Shown here: positions 35,151-48,030 of the stretch, in pieces
Layout: every line of letters begins with the position of its first letter
Numbering within the stretch: position 1 is the stretch's first letter
Assembly (NCBI GenBank): GCA_038087875.1
Contig: CM075989.1
Span: 8,992,001 to 9,056,000, forward strand
Reading direction: 5' to 3'
Length of the DNA: 64,000 nt
Source of the DNA: Malacoraja senta
Lineage: Eukaryota
Notes under the pieces: model-generated
The model's database searches: none
What the model saw: only the letters and a program-made list of their open reading frames with translations
What the model was told of the DNA's origin: nothing
Position numbers and translations under genes: made by a program

Positions 35151-38100
35151 ACTTGCGTCCACCATTTGCTGCAATTTCTTTCGGTCTTGGACCTATGCTG
35201 TTGGAAATGTTTAAGGTACCAGCACACCAGCATCTGCTCGACAACTGCGGATGGGCATCCCAGCATACCCAGATACTGTGAATGAGTTAATCTTCACCCC
35301 TCAAACCAGCCATCGACCTCTGGGAACACACTGGTGGCAAATCATCTTAATTACATATATAGGGTAAAAGCACCCAGAATAGGAGAATTGAGAACCAGAG
35401 GACATAGGTTTAAGGTGAGGGGGAAAAGATTTAATAAGAAATTGAGGGGCAACTTTATTACATAAAGGGAGGTAGGTATATGGAACGAGCTGCTGGAGGA
35501 GGTAGTATGGGTTGGGTTATATGAGTGTTGTCAATAGCTACTCTGGGGGTTTTATGGGGAATCTTGAACAGAAACCATCTGCTGGAAGAACTCAGCATGT
35601 CAGGCATCATCTGTGGAAGGAAAGGAATGGTTGACATTTTGGTTTAAAACCCTGCATCAGGACTTAGAGGGGAGATGATCGGTATGGAGAAGAGAGGGAA
35701 GGTGGTGAGACAGAAGTTTAGTTGTGTTTTACAAATACAGTGTGGAAACAGGCCCTTCAGCCCACTGAGTCCATGCTGACCAATGATCAATTGTACCCTG
35801 GTTCTATCCTACACACAAGGGACAATTTACAGAAGCCAATTGACCTACAAACCTGCAGGTCTTTGGAATGTGGGAGGAAACCAGAGCACCCAGAGAAAAC
35901 CCACGCGGTCACAGAGAGAACGTACAGACAGCACCCATGGTCAGGATCGAATCCTGGTCTGTGATTCTGTAATCCTGCAACTCTACCGCTGCAACACTGT
36001 GCCGCCCCAGAAGCCGGAGGAAATTGTGGACAGGACGGGGAGAAGGATGACTGAGATATGGAGACTGGGAGCGGAGAGAGATCCAAGGACCAGCCTTGGC
36101 CCAGGCACGGGCAGCCCATGGACCAATTCTGACCTGCTCTGACCCTCTGGCCCCAAATTCAACCCCAGGTTGACTTTCAGTTTTTTGACTTATTTAGTCA
36201 CAAAATCCAGGAGTAACTCAGCAGGACAGGCAGCATCTCTGGAGAGAAGGAATGGGTGACGTTTCGGGTCGAGACCCTTCTCTCCAGAGATGCTGCCTGT
36301 CCCGCTGAGTTACTCCAGCATTTTGTATCTATCTTTGATTTAAAACAGCATCTGCAGTTCTTTCCTGCACACAAATAAAATGTAGTTGGCCCACTGCCTG
36401 TGTTACTCCTGAGATTGTCTGCAGTGTTTGTTTTGTATGTATACATATGCGTGTGTGTATACACTGAACTTTTTTTTCTCAATTATTATATTGTTTGCAG
36501 ATTATTATGTTTGCATATCCTGTTGTGCTGCTACAAGTAAAAATGTCATTGTTCTATCTGGGACATGATGGTAAAACCCTCTCATGATTTGCCCAGAAGC
36601 CCCTGTTGTGTCCCAAAGAGTGGATTGCCTCAATTTACCCAGGACACCAGTATACATCAGTCTGTACAGTATCCACCCATGTGCTGTAAAACGTAAGGCC
36701 TCAAGTTCATAGAACCTGTCATCAACATACTAATTAAGAGCAGGAATAGGCCACATGGCTCCTCAAACCTGCTCCACCTCTCCAATAAGGTTATTGGTGA
36801 TCTGATTGTAACCTCAGCTTTGCAATCCTGTCCACTCTGGTAAACCTATGGCCCATTGTCCATCAACATTTGTATTCACATCTGCTGACCAATATTCAAA
36901 GATTCTGCTAAGTTCCGGCACTCTTTGAGGAAGGAAATTCCAAAAGATAACTATCAGACTCAGAAAGATAACTATCAGACTCAGAAATGAAACTATCTCT
37001 GCCTTGAATATATAAACCTGTAGTCTAATACGGTGATCCCCTGGTTCTAGATTCTCCCACAAAAGGAACCATTCTCCCCACGTCCCTTCTGACAAAACCC
37101 ACCAGGTTCCTGCATCTTTTGATTGTCCATTCTAAACTCCAACAGATGCAAGCCCAGTCTCCTCAGTCTTTCCTCCTAAGCCCATTCAAGTGTCAAGCTT
37201 GTCAAACGCCTCAGAATTGCTTCCAATGTTCTTTAAACAAGGAGACCCACATCCCAAAGACGTACGGGCTTGTAAGTTAATTGGCCTCTGTAAATTGCCT
37301 ATAGTTTATAAGAAGTGGATGCGAAAGTGGGATAACATAGAACTCGCGTGATGGTCGGCATAAACTCGGTGGGCCTGATGTATTTGTAACCTAAACTAAA
37401 TCTCCCTATCGTATTCAATTCTTGCAATATGCCATTGCTTTCTGCTGCCTTTCCTGATTGAACGTTGTACTTGCATCTTGGTCATTTGGAAGTCATTTAA
37501 TGGACTATTCCCAAACTCCTCTCAATCCCAGGCCTTTACAATTTCTCATCATTGAGTTAATATGTTTATTTTTGCCCTCAATGTGGACAATTGCATGGGT
37601 CTTTCTGGAGAATCAGCCTCCGTGCCACCCTCCCTGACAGAACATTGTGAGGAGCCTGCAGGTGATGGTTATGGGCATCTAAAAAAAATCCAGATTCAGA
37701 TGTGACATCAAGATGCCAAGTGTCTATGAAAGCAGCGTTTGGAAGTAACAATGTTAGGGCAGCTTGGTTAAAAGAAAATTAAATGTTTCCTTTTTATGAA
37801 GCATCTTTGGGAGTTATTTATGGACCATGAACTCTTTTTGTGCTACAAACCGGGTGACTAATCTTCACACAGCAAGGTCCCACAGGTGGTCAGATCATCT
37901 GCATTAATGAAGTTGGTTGAGGTTTGAACACGGGCCAAAATGGTGGAAGGCTTCCAGTTCCCGAGTGTTGTTCTAAGCCTAGTATGTTTTTCATGCAAAG
38001 CCAAACATGAGAGGAAGGTTTATTGGGAGTTCACCAGAGGATTAGAGCATCGCCCATCTGGTCTTCCAAACCCTTTGAAGTTCTAGCAGGTCATGACTGG

Positions 38101-39145
38101 TTATGTGGAAACAAAGAGAACGTCTTGTTTCTGTTGGACTATCAGCCAGAGGTGAAAAAGAACAACTAATTGGATAGTCTTTCATCAAGCCAGCATGGAC
38201 AACCATTCAAATGTCTTCTTCTTGACCTTGACATCCCATGGATGGGAGTGCAAGTGGTCTTTGTTGAGGGTGTTGGCTACTGATTATCCGTTTTAGGTTC
38301 CATTAACTTCAACCCACCAATGCTGGTAGCTGGTATTCTCCGACCAAAGACAGGTTCTTTCCACACTGGCACTTTCTCCTCTCCCACTAGAGACCTGATG
38401 GTCACGAGTCGGGGTGCCCTCCCCTTCATTCCTCTCATTCCAGATGTGTGCTCCCTGCATCTGGAGAGATGAGGGAGCTTCACTCTTGTGGCTAACTGTT
38501 AGCTGACCTTAGCATGCCTTGAGGAGATATGAACACATCCGGTAAACATTACCACCATCTCACTTTATTAGTACATTCCCCATAAATTGTTCCTTCAGTA
38601 ATGGAAAGAGAACGTTCCTTTTCCTTACCCAGCAAGCTGGATTCTGCTAAACACACTGAAATATTCCATGAACCTCAGATTATGTCCAGCTGTTCCTTTC
38701 TGGCTCATGCCTTTTTAGCGTTGTAGTTTCCTGCCTTCATCTTCTGTATAATTGTTCTCGTATTTGCCCAGTCTAATTACTGCTGCCTTTTTGATTAGAG
38801 ATTGCACATTGACCAAAAATCCCTTAACTGGATTTCATGCAAAAGTCTGCCAGAAAATAAATTATTTGTGCATTACAGATGGTAGACACACTCTGTATCA
38901 TTTCCAAATGTTGAATTATTTAACTTGGAGCAGTAACTGGTTTGATAGCAAATACATATTGGCCTGTCTGCATGGTTCTTTGCTTTCTGTTTTAAATTAT
39001 TTCTAGCACTGGGGGGCGCTATTGCAGACCTCCCAAACCTTGAAGTGACTAAAGAAGGACCTTGGCTTCCACAGGGCACTAGTGTCCCCCACAGAAAACC
39101 ATTGCCCTAGACGGCTGTGGAGGCCAAGTCATTGGGCGTCTTTAA

Positions 39146-39219
39146 CCTGTTCACTGCCACGTTTTTTTCTCTCACTATTGGTCATGACCTGAGTATAAAC
39201 AGGGGTGGCACTGAACAGG
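39146..39219. mobile_element. 74-bp piggyBac-type MITE
   Basis: TTAA TSD (39142-45 and 39220-23); 15-bp TIR CCTGTTCA(C/G)TGCCAC; interrupts a CR1 tail. Confidence 0.85.
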
Positions 39220-40620
39220 TTAAAGCGGAGATTGGTAGCTTCTTGGTTAGTAAGGATGTCAAAGGTCACGGGGCGAAGGCAGGTGAATAGGGTTGAGTGG
39301 GAAAGGTAGATCAGCCATGTTTGAAAGGTGGAGAAGGCTCGATGGGCTGAATGGCCTAATTCTGCTTCTTTGACATGAACCTAGGAAGTCCTAATGTAAT
39401 CTCCTAAATGTTCGTTTGATCGCAGGAGTTCGGAAGGAAGGATGAGGGGGTACCTCATTGAACCTCCAAAGCAGAACGCGAATGTGTTGGGTCTACACCG
39501 GAGACTTCGTGTCCTGTTGGGTACTGTAACTATTTTATTTATATTTTGTTTTGCACTGAATGCAGTGTTGCTGGAGGAATTTGTACATCTGTCCACCACA
39601 AGCTTTCTAAAACATCAGTATGGTAAACTGTCTTATGATGTTTTCTGAGAAATAAATATTCTCCAGTATTACAGGAACAATATCTTGAAGAAATAGTGCA
39701 GGTGGATTCCTTGTTCCCAGCTGAGAGAGCCTTCTCACCCAAACGGGCACAGTAAAACCCCAGTCATCTGGAACCATTCGAACTTGGGTAAAGGCGACAC
39801 TAGCAGATTTCCTGGTCCGCTGGATGTTCCTCCTATCCATACCCAAACACAGTTTTATTTCACTGTTTTTATGCAGTACAGGTAGACTGCTGTAAGGCCA
39901 ATTGGGTATGTTTGTAAGTTATAGGAGCAGAATGAGGCCGTTCGGCCCATCAAATCTACTCCGCCATTCAAACATAGCTGATCTACAGTGTATCTTTCCT
40001 TCTCAACCCCATTCTCCTGCCTTCTCCCCATATCCCCATATACCCTTACTAATCAAGATACTGTCAATCCCCACCTTAAAAATATCCATTGACTTGGCCT
40101 CCACAGCCGTCTGTGGCAACGGATTCAACAGATTCACCACCACCTGACTAAAGAAATTCCCTCTCATCTCCTTTCTGAAGGTACGTCTTTTTATTCAGTG
40201 GTTATGGCCTCTGGGCCTAGGCTGTCCCACTAGTGGAAACACCTTCTCCATATCCACTCTTTCGGATATAATGCGGTTAATTACATGGGCTGTATTGATT
40301 AATACACGGTTTTTACCGCCAGCTAGAACTAGGGATTTTGACCGGAATCTAGGAACTAGAGTCAGGAACAGCTTCTTCCCCTCTGTTATCAGGCTTCTGA
40401 ATGGTCCTTCCATAAGCTAGGGTACTGTTCGATTCATCTCTACCCCATTGCAGACATTGGACTTTGTCTATGGAACTGATGTGTTACGAAGCCGAGAAAT
40501 ATATTCTGCACTCTGCATCTTCCACTTTGCTCTATCTACAGTACTTGAGTCTGAGCTGGTTGTATCTATGTTTGATATATCAGATCTATTTGGATACCGG
40601 TAAAGCTTTTCACTGTACCT

Positions 40621-41004
40621 CGGGAGTTCCCCCCCCCCCCCCCGCCACGGGTACCATCTAATCCCGTGCTACCTGCTCCATGGTCGCATCGTCGTCGACT
40701 AAACCGTCTCCCCCACCTGGTTTGTGGACCTCCAGCAGGACCAAAAACAAGACCTGTCAAAGGGCGGATGAGCTTCGAGCGAGCCAATGACCATCCACGC
40801 TTCAGTAGAAGTTGCAATCACTGTCGTACATAGCATTGTAAGGAATGATGATAAAGGACACACACCAAAATCCTATACTTCCAGCGGCGGAAGTCCGCAG
40901 GAACTGGAAGATGGAGATGTGTGGTGCGTCCATCACTGTTCCCGTTGGAAACCAGCACCACTGCGTCGCTAATGTTTTCACCGATGATGAATGAATGAAT
41001 GAAT
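40621..41004 (+). mobile_element. RTE-like non-autonomous retroposon (copy 2)
   Basis: Collinear with 32408-32870; (TGAA)n tail; inserted in a Rex1/Babar tail. Confidence 0.8.
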
Positions 41005-42007
41005 CAGTACACGTGACGATACTAAACCTAAACCTATCCCATCCAAGTCTAAGTGCACTTGTGGATGCTGTTGTGCGTGCGTGCGTGCGTGCATGACGTT
41101 GGCAGTGGTTTTATGGAGTGTGCTCACACCTCTAAGTCAGAGGTTGAAGATTCAGCTTTGAAGAGTTAATGCCAAAGTCTAGGAAGTGCAGTGCTGAGGA
41201 AGTGCAACGTGAGTGGGTGGGCTGATTATGGGTCAGATGTTAAACCGAGGCCACCTCCAGCTGCACAGAGTCTCTTGGCCAGAGTGGGTGAGTCAAGGGC
41301 CAGAGGACATTGGTTTAAGGTGAAGGGGAAAAGCTTCAATAGGAATCAGATGGGTAACATTTTCACACAAAGGGTGGGGGGGGTGTATGGAACAAGCTGC
41401 CAGAGGAGGTTGTTAAGGCAGGGACTATCCCAACATTTAATAAGCAGTTAGACAGGTACATAGATAGGACAGGTTTGGAGGGATATGGACCAAATGCTGG
41501 CATGTGGGACTAGTATAGCTGGGACGTGTTGGCCGGTGTGGGCAAGTTGGGCCGAAAGGCCTGTTTCCATGCTGTATCTCTCTATGACTGTATGACTCCT
41601 ACTCTCCCGGGTCAGCTTGTGGGATGAAGACCTAGTGGCCTGCCACCGTTTATCTCTCCACCAACACCACCAAGGTATATTGGCCGGTGAGAGCAATCCT
41701 GTCCAACGATGGGACAGATGATATTAAAAGCAGCAGTAAATCCAAGGGTTTAATGAATTGTGTCATCAAGTCGGTAGCTAGGAAATTGTGAGTCAGAACT
41801 TCCTTTGGCACCAGAAGCGAAAGAAAGCAGATACGAATAGTACCTCATGAGTTGGTTTATGAAAATATCTAAATATTTTTGTACACATTCGTAATAAAAG
41901 TACTTTATTGAATCCTGACCCTTCCTCTTTCACAGGGAGAAGGGCAGTCTTTAATTCAAACCCTTTTCCTAAGATAATCAAATGATAATCACAATCATCA
42001 TAATCAT

Positions 42008-42739
42008 ACTTTATTAGCCAAGTATGTTTTGCAACATACGAGGAATTTGATTTGCTATACAGTCATACCAATAAAAAGCAATAAGACACACAAAATACAT
42101 TTTATCATAACCACCCACCACAGTGACTCCACCACATTTCCCACTGTGATGGAAGGAGAAAAAAAAGTTAATTCTCTTCCCTTCTTTGTTCTCCTGCGGT
42201 CGGGGGCCTCGAGCCTTCTGTTGATGGGACAATCTTGGCTCCCGTAGCCAGCAGTCGGGCCCTCCGCATCGGGGCGATCAAGCTCCTGCTTTGTGGGGGA
42301 TGTCAGCTCCCCGCGCCGGGCGGTCGACCCCAGGTCGGGGCTGGTCGAACCTTCTGCGACTTTGGACCTTCCCGACATCGGTCTCGGCCCAAGACTGCGA
42401 GCTCCTCGATGGTGAAATACGCTGGCCATGGTTGGAGTGTCGATCCCAGGCAAGGGATCGGCTCCGATGGTAAGTCCACGTCCCCATGGTGGGGCTCAAA
42501 GTTAGTCCCGAGCAAGGCCTCCAGGTCCATGATGTTAGGCCGCAGAGCAACCGGAGATACGACCCGGAAAACAATCGCATCTCCGGCAATGTTTGAAAAA
42601 AGGTTTCCCCCACCGCCTCCACACTAAAACAAACCAGAGAACAATAACACTAACTTTTAAAACACACTAAAAATAACCGAAAAGACGAAAAAACAGACAG
42701 ACCGTTGGCGAGGCTGCCATCGCTGATGGCACCACCCGG
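42008..42739 (-). mobile_element. GC-rich non-autonomous retroposon with Rex1/Babar-like tail
   Basis: Hairpin CCATCACAGTG..TCACTGTGGTGG and AATAAA + (TGAT)-rich tail, related to 44852-45596 and 61840-62100. Confidence 0.6.
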
Positions 42740-44851
42740 AATGATGATACAACTCTTGACGTTGCTAAGACTGGCATCTACACATGTGCGTCAACAATCT
42801 GCATTTACATTGCAACTTTAAGTTAAGACATATCCCAAAGGGCCCTGTGAGGAAGTAGACCTGGGGCAATTGAGGGAAGCATGTGGAAGTGTGGTCAGGG
42901 AGGTCGGTCGGGAAGGATGGCTGTGGTAGGTTGATTCAGCTGTTATTGGGCAACTGAACCATCCTACCACAACTAGAGAGCAGCCCTGAACCTCATTGGT
43001 GACCCTCGGACAATCTTGATTGGACTTTACTAGCTTTACCTTGCACTAAACGCTATTCCCTTATCATGTATAGAATGGCTCGATTGTAATCTTTCCACTG
43101 ACTGGTTAGCACGCAACAAAAGCTTTTCACTGTGACAATAAACTCAACTGAAATGAAGGTTTTTAAATCCTTCCATCCAAAAACAAGATACTACAGATGC
43201 AGGAAATTTGAGATTAAACCAAGAATGTGGGAAAAACAGGTAAGGTACATTGGCCACTGTGAATTGCCCCTAGTTTTTGGATGAGCGGTAGTATCCAGGG
43301 GAGATAGAATCTGATGGGAATGTGGAGACAATAAAATGGGATTAGTGTAATCATGGGTGCCTGATGATCGGTGTGGGTTGGGTGGGTTGAAGGGCCTGTT
43401 AGTGTGTGTGTGTGACTCTCCATGACTCTTCGACAACACTGATCGCCTTTCAAGAATGCGTAAGTGATTGTGATGTGTTCTGCATCATCTGCTGTTATTC
43501 CATTGATGGGATAGAGGAAGGGGGATCTTTAAAGAGACGGCACACACAGCGGAGCAGCTGATGGAGCTGCTGCCTCACAGCGCTCGAGGCTCTGATTCAC
43601 GAGTGCTGCCTGTGTGAAGTTTGCACGTTCTCCCTTCGACCATGTGGGTTTCCTCCTGGTGCTCCGGTTTCCTCTCGCATCGCAAAGACGCGCGAGTTTG
43701 TGGGTGAATTGGCCTCTGTAAATTGGCCCCAGTGCGTGTAGGGAGCGGATGAGTAAGTGGGATAACATTGAACTAGTGTGGACTGGTGATCGATGGTCGG
43801 TGTGGACTCAGTGGGCCAAAGGGCCTGTTTCCGCACTGTATCTCTAAATAAACTAAGCTTCCACACCTGCTCAGTCCTTGAGCTAATGCAGCAGGCAATA
43901 GGTAGTCCCATTATCACCACCCCACGCTGATCTATAAAGAACGGAGGAGGCAGTATCCCATTGACAGAGCACAAGATAAATCACAACCTTGACCCACGTG
44001 CTGGTGGATAGCTGGTGGGGGGAGGATGTGGGGGGGGGGGGTGAGCAACTATCTGGCCAGGTGTAATTGTAGACATCAAAAACTGGCTCAGATTCAGCAG
44101 CATTTAGCTGTGTAGATGAGTGAAGTGCATGGTCTCAGAGTAATTGGACAAAACTGAGCATGTTGGTGAAGTCGATGAGAAACCAGCCTTTTGGACCATT
44201 TCAGCCTGGATGCTTAAGTTGTTCTTCCTGCGTTTGGTGTCCAGCCTGCCCCAATTCCGCATGTGTAGGATGGTTATACATTCAAGACACACCCAGAACT
44301 TAAATAAAGATCTTGGTTGACATTTGGGCAGCACGGTGGTGCAGCGGTAGAGTTGCTGCCTCACAGCAACAGAGACCCGGGTTCGATCCTGACTACCGGT
44401 GCCGTCTGTGAGGAGTTTGTATGTTCTCCCGTGACCGTGTGGGTTTTCCCCGGGTGCACAGGCTTCCTCCCAAATCCCAAAGACGTACAGGTTTGTAGGT
44501 TAATTGGCTTTGGTTGGACGTTGTTCCTAGCGTGTAGGATAGTCCTAGTGTACGGGCATCGCTGGTTGGCGAGGACCCGGTGGGCGGAAGGGCCTGTTTC
44601 TGCGCTGTATCTCTAAACATTTGTGGGGCCATGTGGGTGCTGTACTGTCCATTGGCACTTACACTTACAAGTTTTATGTGGAGAGCTGTATCCTATGGGG
44701 CAACAGGCTCAGACAGTGGGATTAGACTATATTCCTCTCAACAGCCAAATGACCTTCTTTGTTGTAAAAATGTACATAATTCTGGGTGCTGTGTCTTTCA
44801 GAAGGATTGTTCTTCTGAGGTCCTACTTGTTCTTCTGAGGTCCTACTTGTT

Positions 44852-45596
44852 CGGAAGTGGCGGCGCTGTTAATCGGCTGCGGCTCGCCTGCAGCCCGTCT
44901 GTTTTTACTTTTTTCCGTTGGTTTTTTTGTCTTGTTTTGGTTAAGTTTTAGTTTGTTGGGTTGTGTTAGGGGGGGGAGAAACATGTTCTCTGTCTCTTCC
45001 TTTGGGGGAATGCGACTTTTTCGTGTCATATCCCCCTTCCCTGCCTCCGTCTGTGGTGAGGCCTAATGGCGGAGCTGGCGGCCTCCATCCTGCGACCGAC
45101 CCCGAGGCTACGGAGGCAGAGCCAGCCAGGACTTACCAACGGGAGGCTGGCCATCTTCGGGGCTGAGGCAGCGGTGGCCCGACTTGCTGGTGCGGCGTTC
45201 TGGCTTTCGGCGGCGGCCTGGAGCTGATGCGGCGGGGTCAGGAGCGGAGACTGCGGGACCCGGAGTTGATGCTGTGGCGGGCCGTCTCGAAGCGGAGATG
45301 GCGTTCCGGCTTTTGGCGGCGGCGACATCACCACGGAGGTCCGCCGGACTGGAGTGCAGCATCTTCGGCCTGGATCGATCGCCTCAGCGCAGAGGGAGAA
45401 CAAGGAGGAAGAGACGGAGACTAAGACTTTGCCTCCATCACAGTGAGGATGTGCTTGGTGAACTCACTGTGGTGGATGTTTAATTTGTGTTTATTGTATG
45501 TTTTGTTATTATTGGTTCTGTGTATTACTGCAGGCATCACAATTTCGTTCAGACCGAAAGGTCTGAATGACAATAAAGGAAATCTCTTGAATCTTG
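44852..45596 (+). mobile_element. GC-rich non-autonomous retroposon with Rex1/Babar-like tail
   Basis: Starts CGGAAGTGGCGGCG; T-rich segment, CpG-rich body, CCATCACAGTGAG..CTCACTGTGGTGG, ends ATGACAATAAA..CTTGAATCTTG. Confidence 0.6.
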
Positions 45597-46339
45597 TTCT
45601 CTCAGAAGAGATCACATGGAACTATTTTGCAGCTCTCTGGTGCCCTGGCTAAAACCTCTCACTCACTCACCAGGGAGATGCAAGGAACTGCAGATGCTGG
45701 ATTCTTGAGAAGAACACAAAAGTGCTGGAGGAACTCAGTGGGTCAGGCAACATCCGTGGAGGGAATGGACAGTTAATGTTTCGGGTCGGGATGCTTCTTC
45801 AGGCCCGAGAAAGATCCCGACCCGAAACGTCATCTGTCCATTCCCTCCACAGATGCTGCCTGACCCGCTGAGTTCTTCCAGCACTTTTTTTTGCGTTTCA
45901 CTCGGTCACCAGAACAGACAGTCTGAACTTTATCAGATTGCTTTCGGGAGCTTTTGGGCAGGTTTCCCACACGTCGACTGCCACTGCACGCAAAAGGGAC
46001 CTCATTAGCAACAAAATACTTTGGAAGTCCCGAACTATGTAAAGGCACCGCTTCCGTCAAAATAAGATACTGTGTCCCTTTGGGGAGAAGTGTAATTTTA
46101 GTGGAGAAAGTTTTCCTCAGTACAACTTTGCTAGTTCCAACAATGCTAATGTTTTGGCATCAAAGGACTGTGTGTCTTTAACAATTTACAGTTAATATTT
46201 ATTATTTCCCTTCTGCTGTAATGATTTCCTCCAAATGACAATGTTAGAGAGCGTCAATGAGATAAACCACGCCGGGTGAAGTTAATCCCTTCAGTGAGTA
46301 AGTGCAGTGTCTAGTTTCCCCTCCTCTTCATCTCGTTGA

Positions 46340-46685
46340 CATCACGGGCAGGCAGGCAGGCAGGCAGAAAGTGCCTGATACATTCCCTTGTTAGTCCCAG
46401 CCTCTTGCTGCTGAATGCAGATGTTGAGCTGCTGCTGGATGGAGGGGAAGCAGGGTGAGCGGAGGAGACGTGTGGCTGGCAGCTTGCAGATGCTGCACCC
46501 CTGGAGCTCTCCCTGCCACCTCCTGTGACAGTGGCTCGCAGTTGAGAGAGTGAGAGACAGAGGGGGGGGGGGGAGAGAGAGGGAGGGAGGGAGGGAGGGA
46601 AGGAGGGGAGGGGGAAGTCTCATCAAATATAGGTCGGTGACAGAGCAGCTGCACAGACGTTTGGACGGTGAGCATTCCTGCACAC
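46340..46685 (+). promoter_or_regulatory. Putative promoter/5' UTR of the gene beginning at 46686
   Basis: Non-TE sequence with (GGCA)n, a GA/GGGA-rich tract and TATA-like AAATATAGG (~46625) upstream of a strong Kozak ATG. Confidence 0.45.
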
Positions 46686-46737
46686 ATGGATCTGTACAGA
46701 TGTGTCTTTGTTGGATGGCTCGTAACTCTGCTGCCAG
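46686..46737 (+). CDS. Putative first coding exon encoding a signal peptide (MDLYRCVFVGWLVTLLP/G); secreted or cell-surface protein
   Basis: Kozak CACACATGG; hydrophobic 17 aa + 1 nt; strong phase-1 donor CAG|GTGAGA. Confidence 0.6.
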
Positions 46738-46886
46738 GTGAGAGATGGGGAGAAGTTTTGTGGGGAGGGCACTCTGGTGGAGAGGGGGGGGACAGTCTCT
46801 CTGCCAAATCACTGCTTTGTATGTATTAGAGGTTTGTCATGCAGCTGAAGAAAGAGACCTGAAAGGACTTGCTCGTGGATAGAGTG

Positions 46887-47010
<124 letters not shown>

Positions 47011-47599
47011 GCAAGGTTCTGATTAACCAGGCTTCCTATAGGGAAAGTGAAATGAACGGCCAAGTTATACAATGAAGAGGAAATGAAGAGAAAGTATATC
47101 AACATTCAAGATGTGTTTGAAGTTATACAATGTGAAACCCTTTGCGTGTGTGTGTGTCTCTCTCTCTCTCCACTTCACTGTCACTCCCTCCCCTTCCCTC
47201 TATCTCTTGAAAATTGTCCGTTTATTCACTTCAACTTTGAAGTGGAATAAGAATTGAATTCAGCAAATTAGCTTGTTGTGTTAGGGGGGGGGGGGGGGAA
47301 CACACCAGAAAATGTGTGGTGTCTCCTGTCACTTTGCAGGCATTTGTATATGTGGCTACTGGAAGACCGTTCCAGGAGGTTGGGTTATGTTATTAAAATA
47401 TGAGGTTTAGTTGCACCTCTTTAAAGCGACAGTCCCTGGCTCTTCGTGTTTGGTTTTCAAACTGATCACAATTTATAAAACCAGTACTGTTCAATCTGTA
47501 TTTTAGTTTCCTGTGGCTACATAAACACCGATGTGAAACTCTGTAAATTGAACACTAGCTATATTCTTTTCGATCAAACCCAGAAAATAAAAATGCTTG

Positions 47600-48030
47600 T
47601 AGTTATACCGTGGATTTTGAGACATCACAAAGCACTTTGCAGTCAATGGAGTAGCTTTGAAGTGATATCAGGAGAGCGCGGCAACCATTTTGGGTGGAAT
47701 AAGCTCCAATGTGCAGTGACGTGATATTGAACCCGATAATGTAATATGGTAATATTAATAGAGAAATTAATATTAGTGAAGTAATATTTCACTGCTCGCC
47801 TGGAAACTTTTGCCGTGTTGTCCTTTGCGTTACGCTCACGAGGGCTGGCTGGACCTCAATTTACGGTTGCATCCAAACGGGAACTTCTCTGACAAGGTGG
47901 CACACTCTCGGTCTTCCAATGGAATAGTAGCCAGGGCTTCATGCTTGCCTTTGACGTTATTGGAGCTGGAGGTGAGAATGTGTCTTTCTCAGCCTCTATT
48001 GAGGTCTCAGAGTGATGAAGCAGGATGCTA
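47600..48030 (-). mobile_element. Ancient Deu-domain SINE relic (SacSINE1-like)
   Basis: Degenerate CAAAGCACTTT.CAG.CAATG.AGTA.TTTGAAGTG and Deu-like segment; related relics at ~41100-41255 and ~63600-63770. Confidence 0.5.

Noticed and set aside
39426..39521. Possible exon SSEGRMRGYLIEPPKQ...
   Set aside because: Weak splice sites and no homology recognised
46686..46737. Assigning a symbol (KIRREL1, NCAM-like and MDGA2 were considered)
   Set aside because: Only exon size, phase or vague leader similarity; not enough to name the gene
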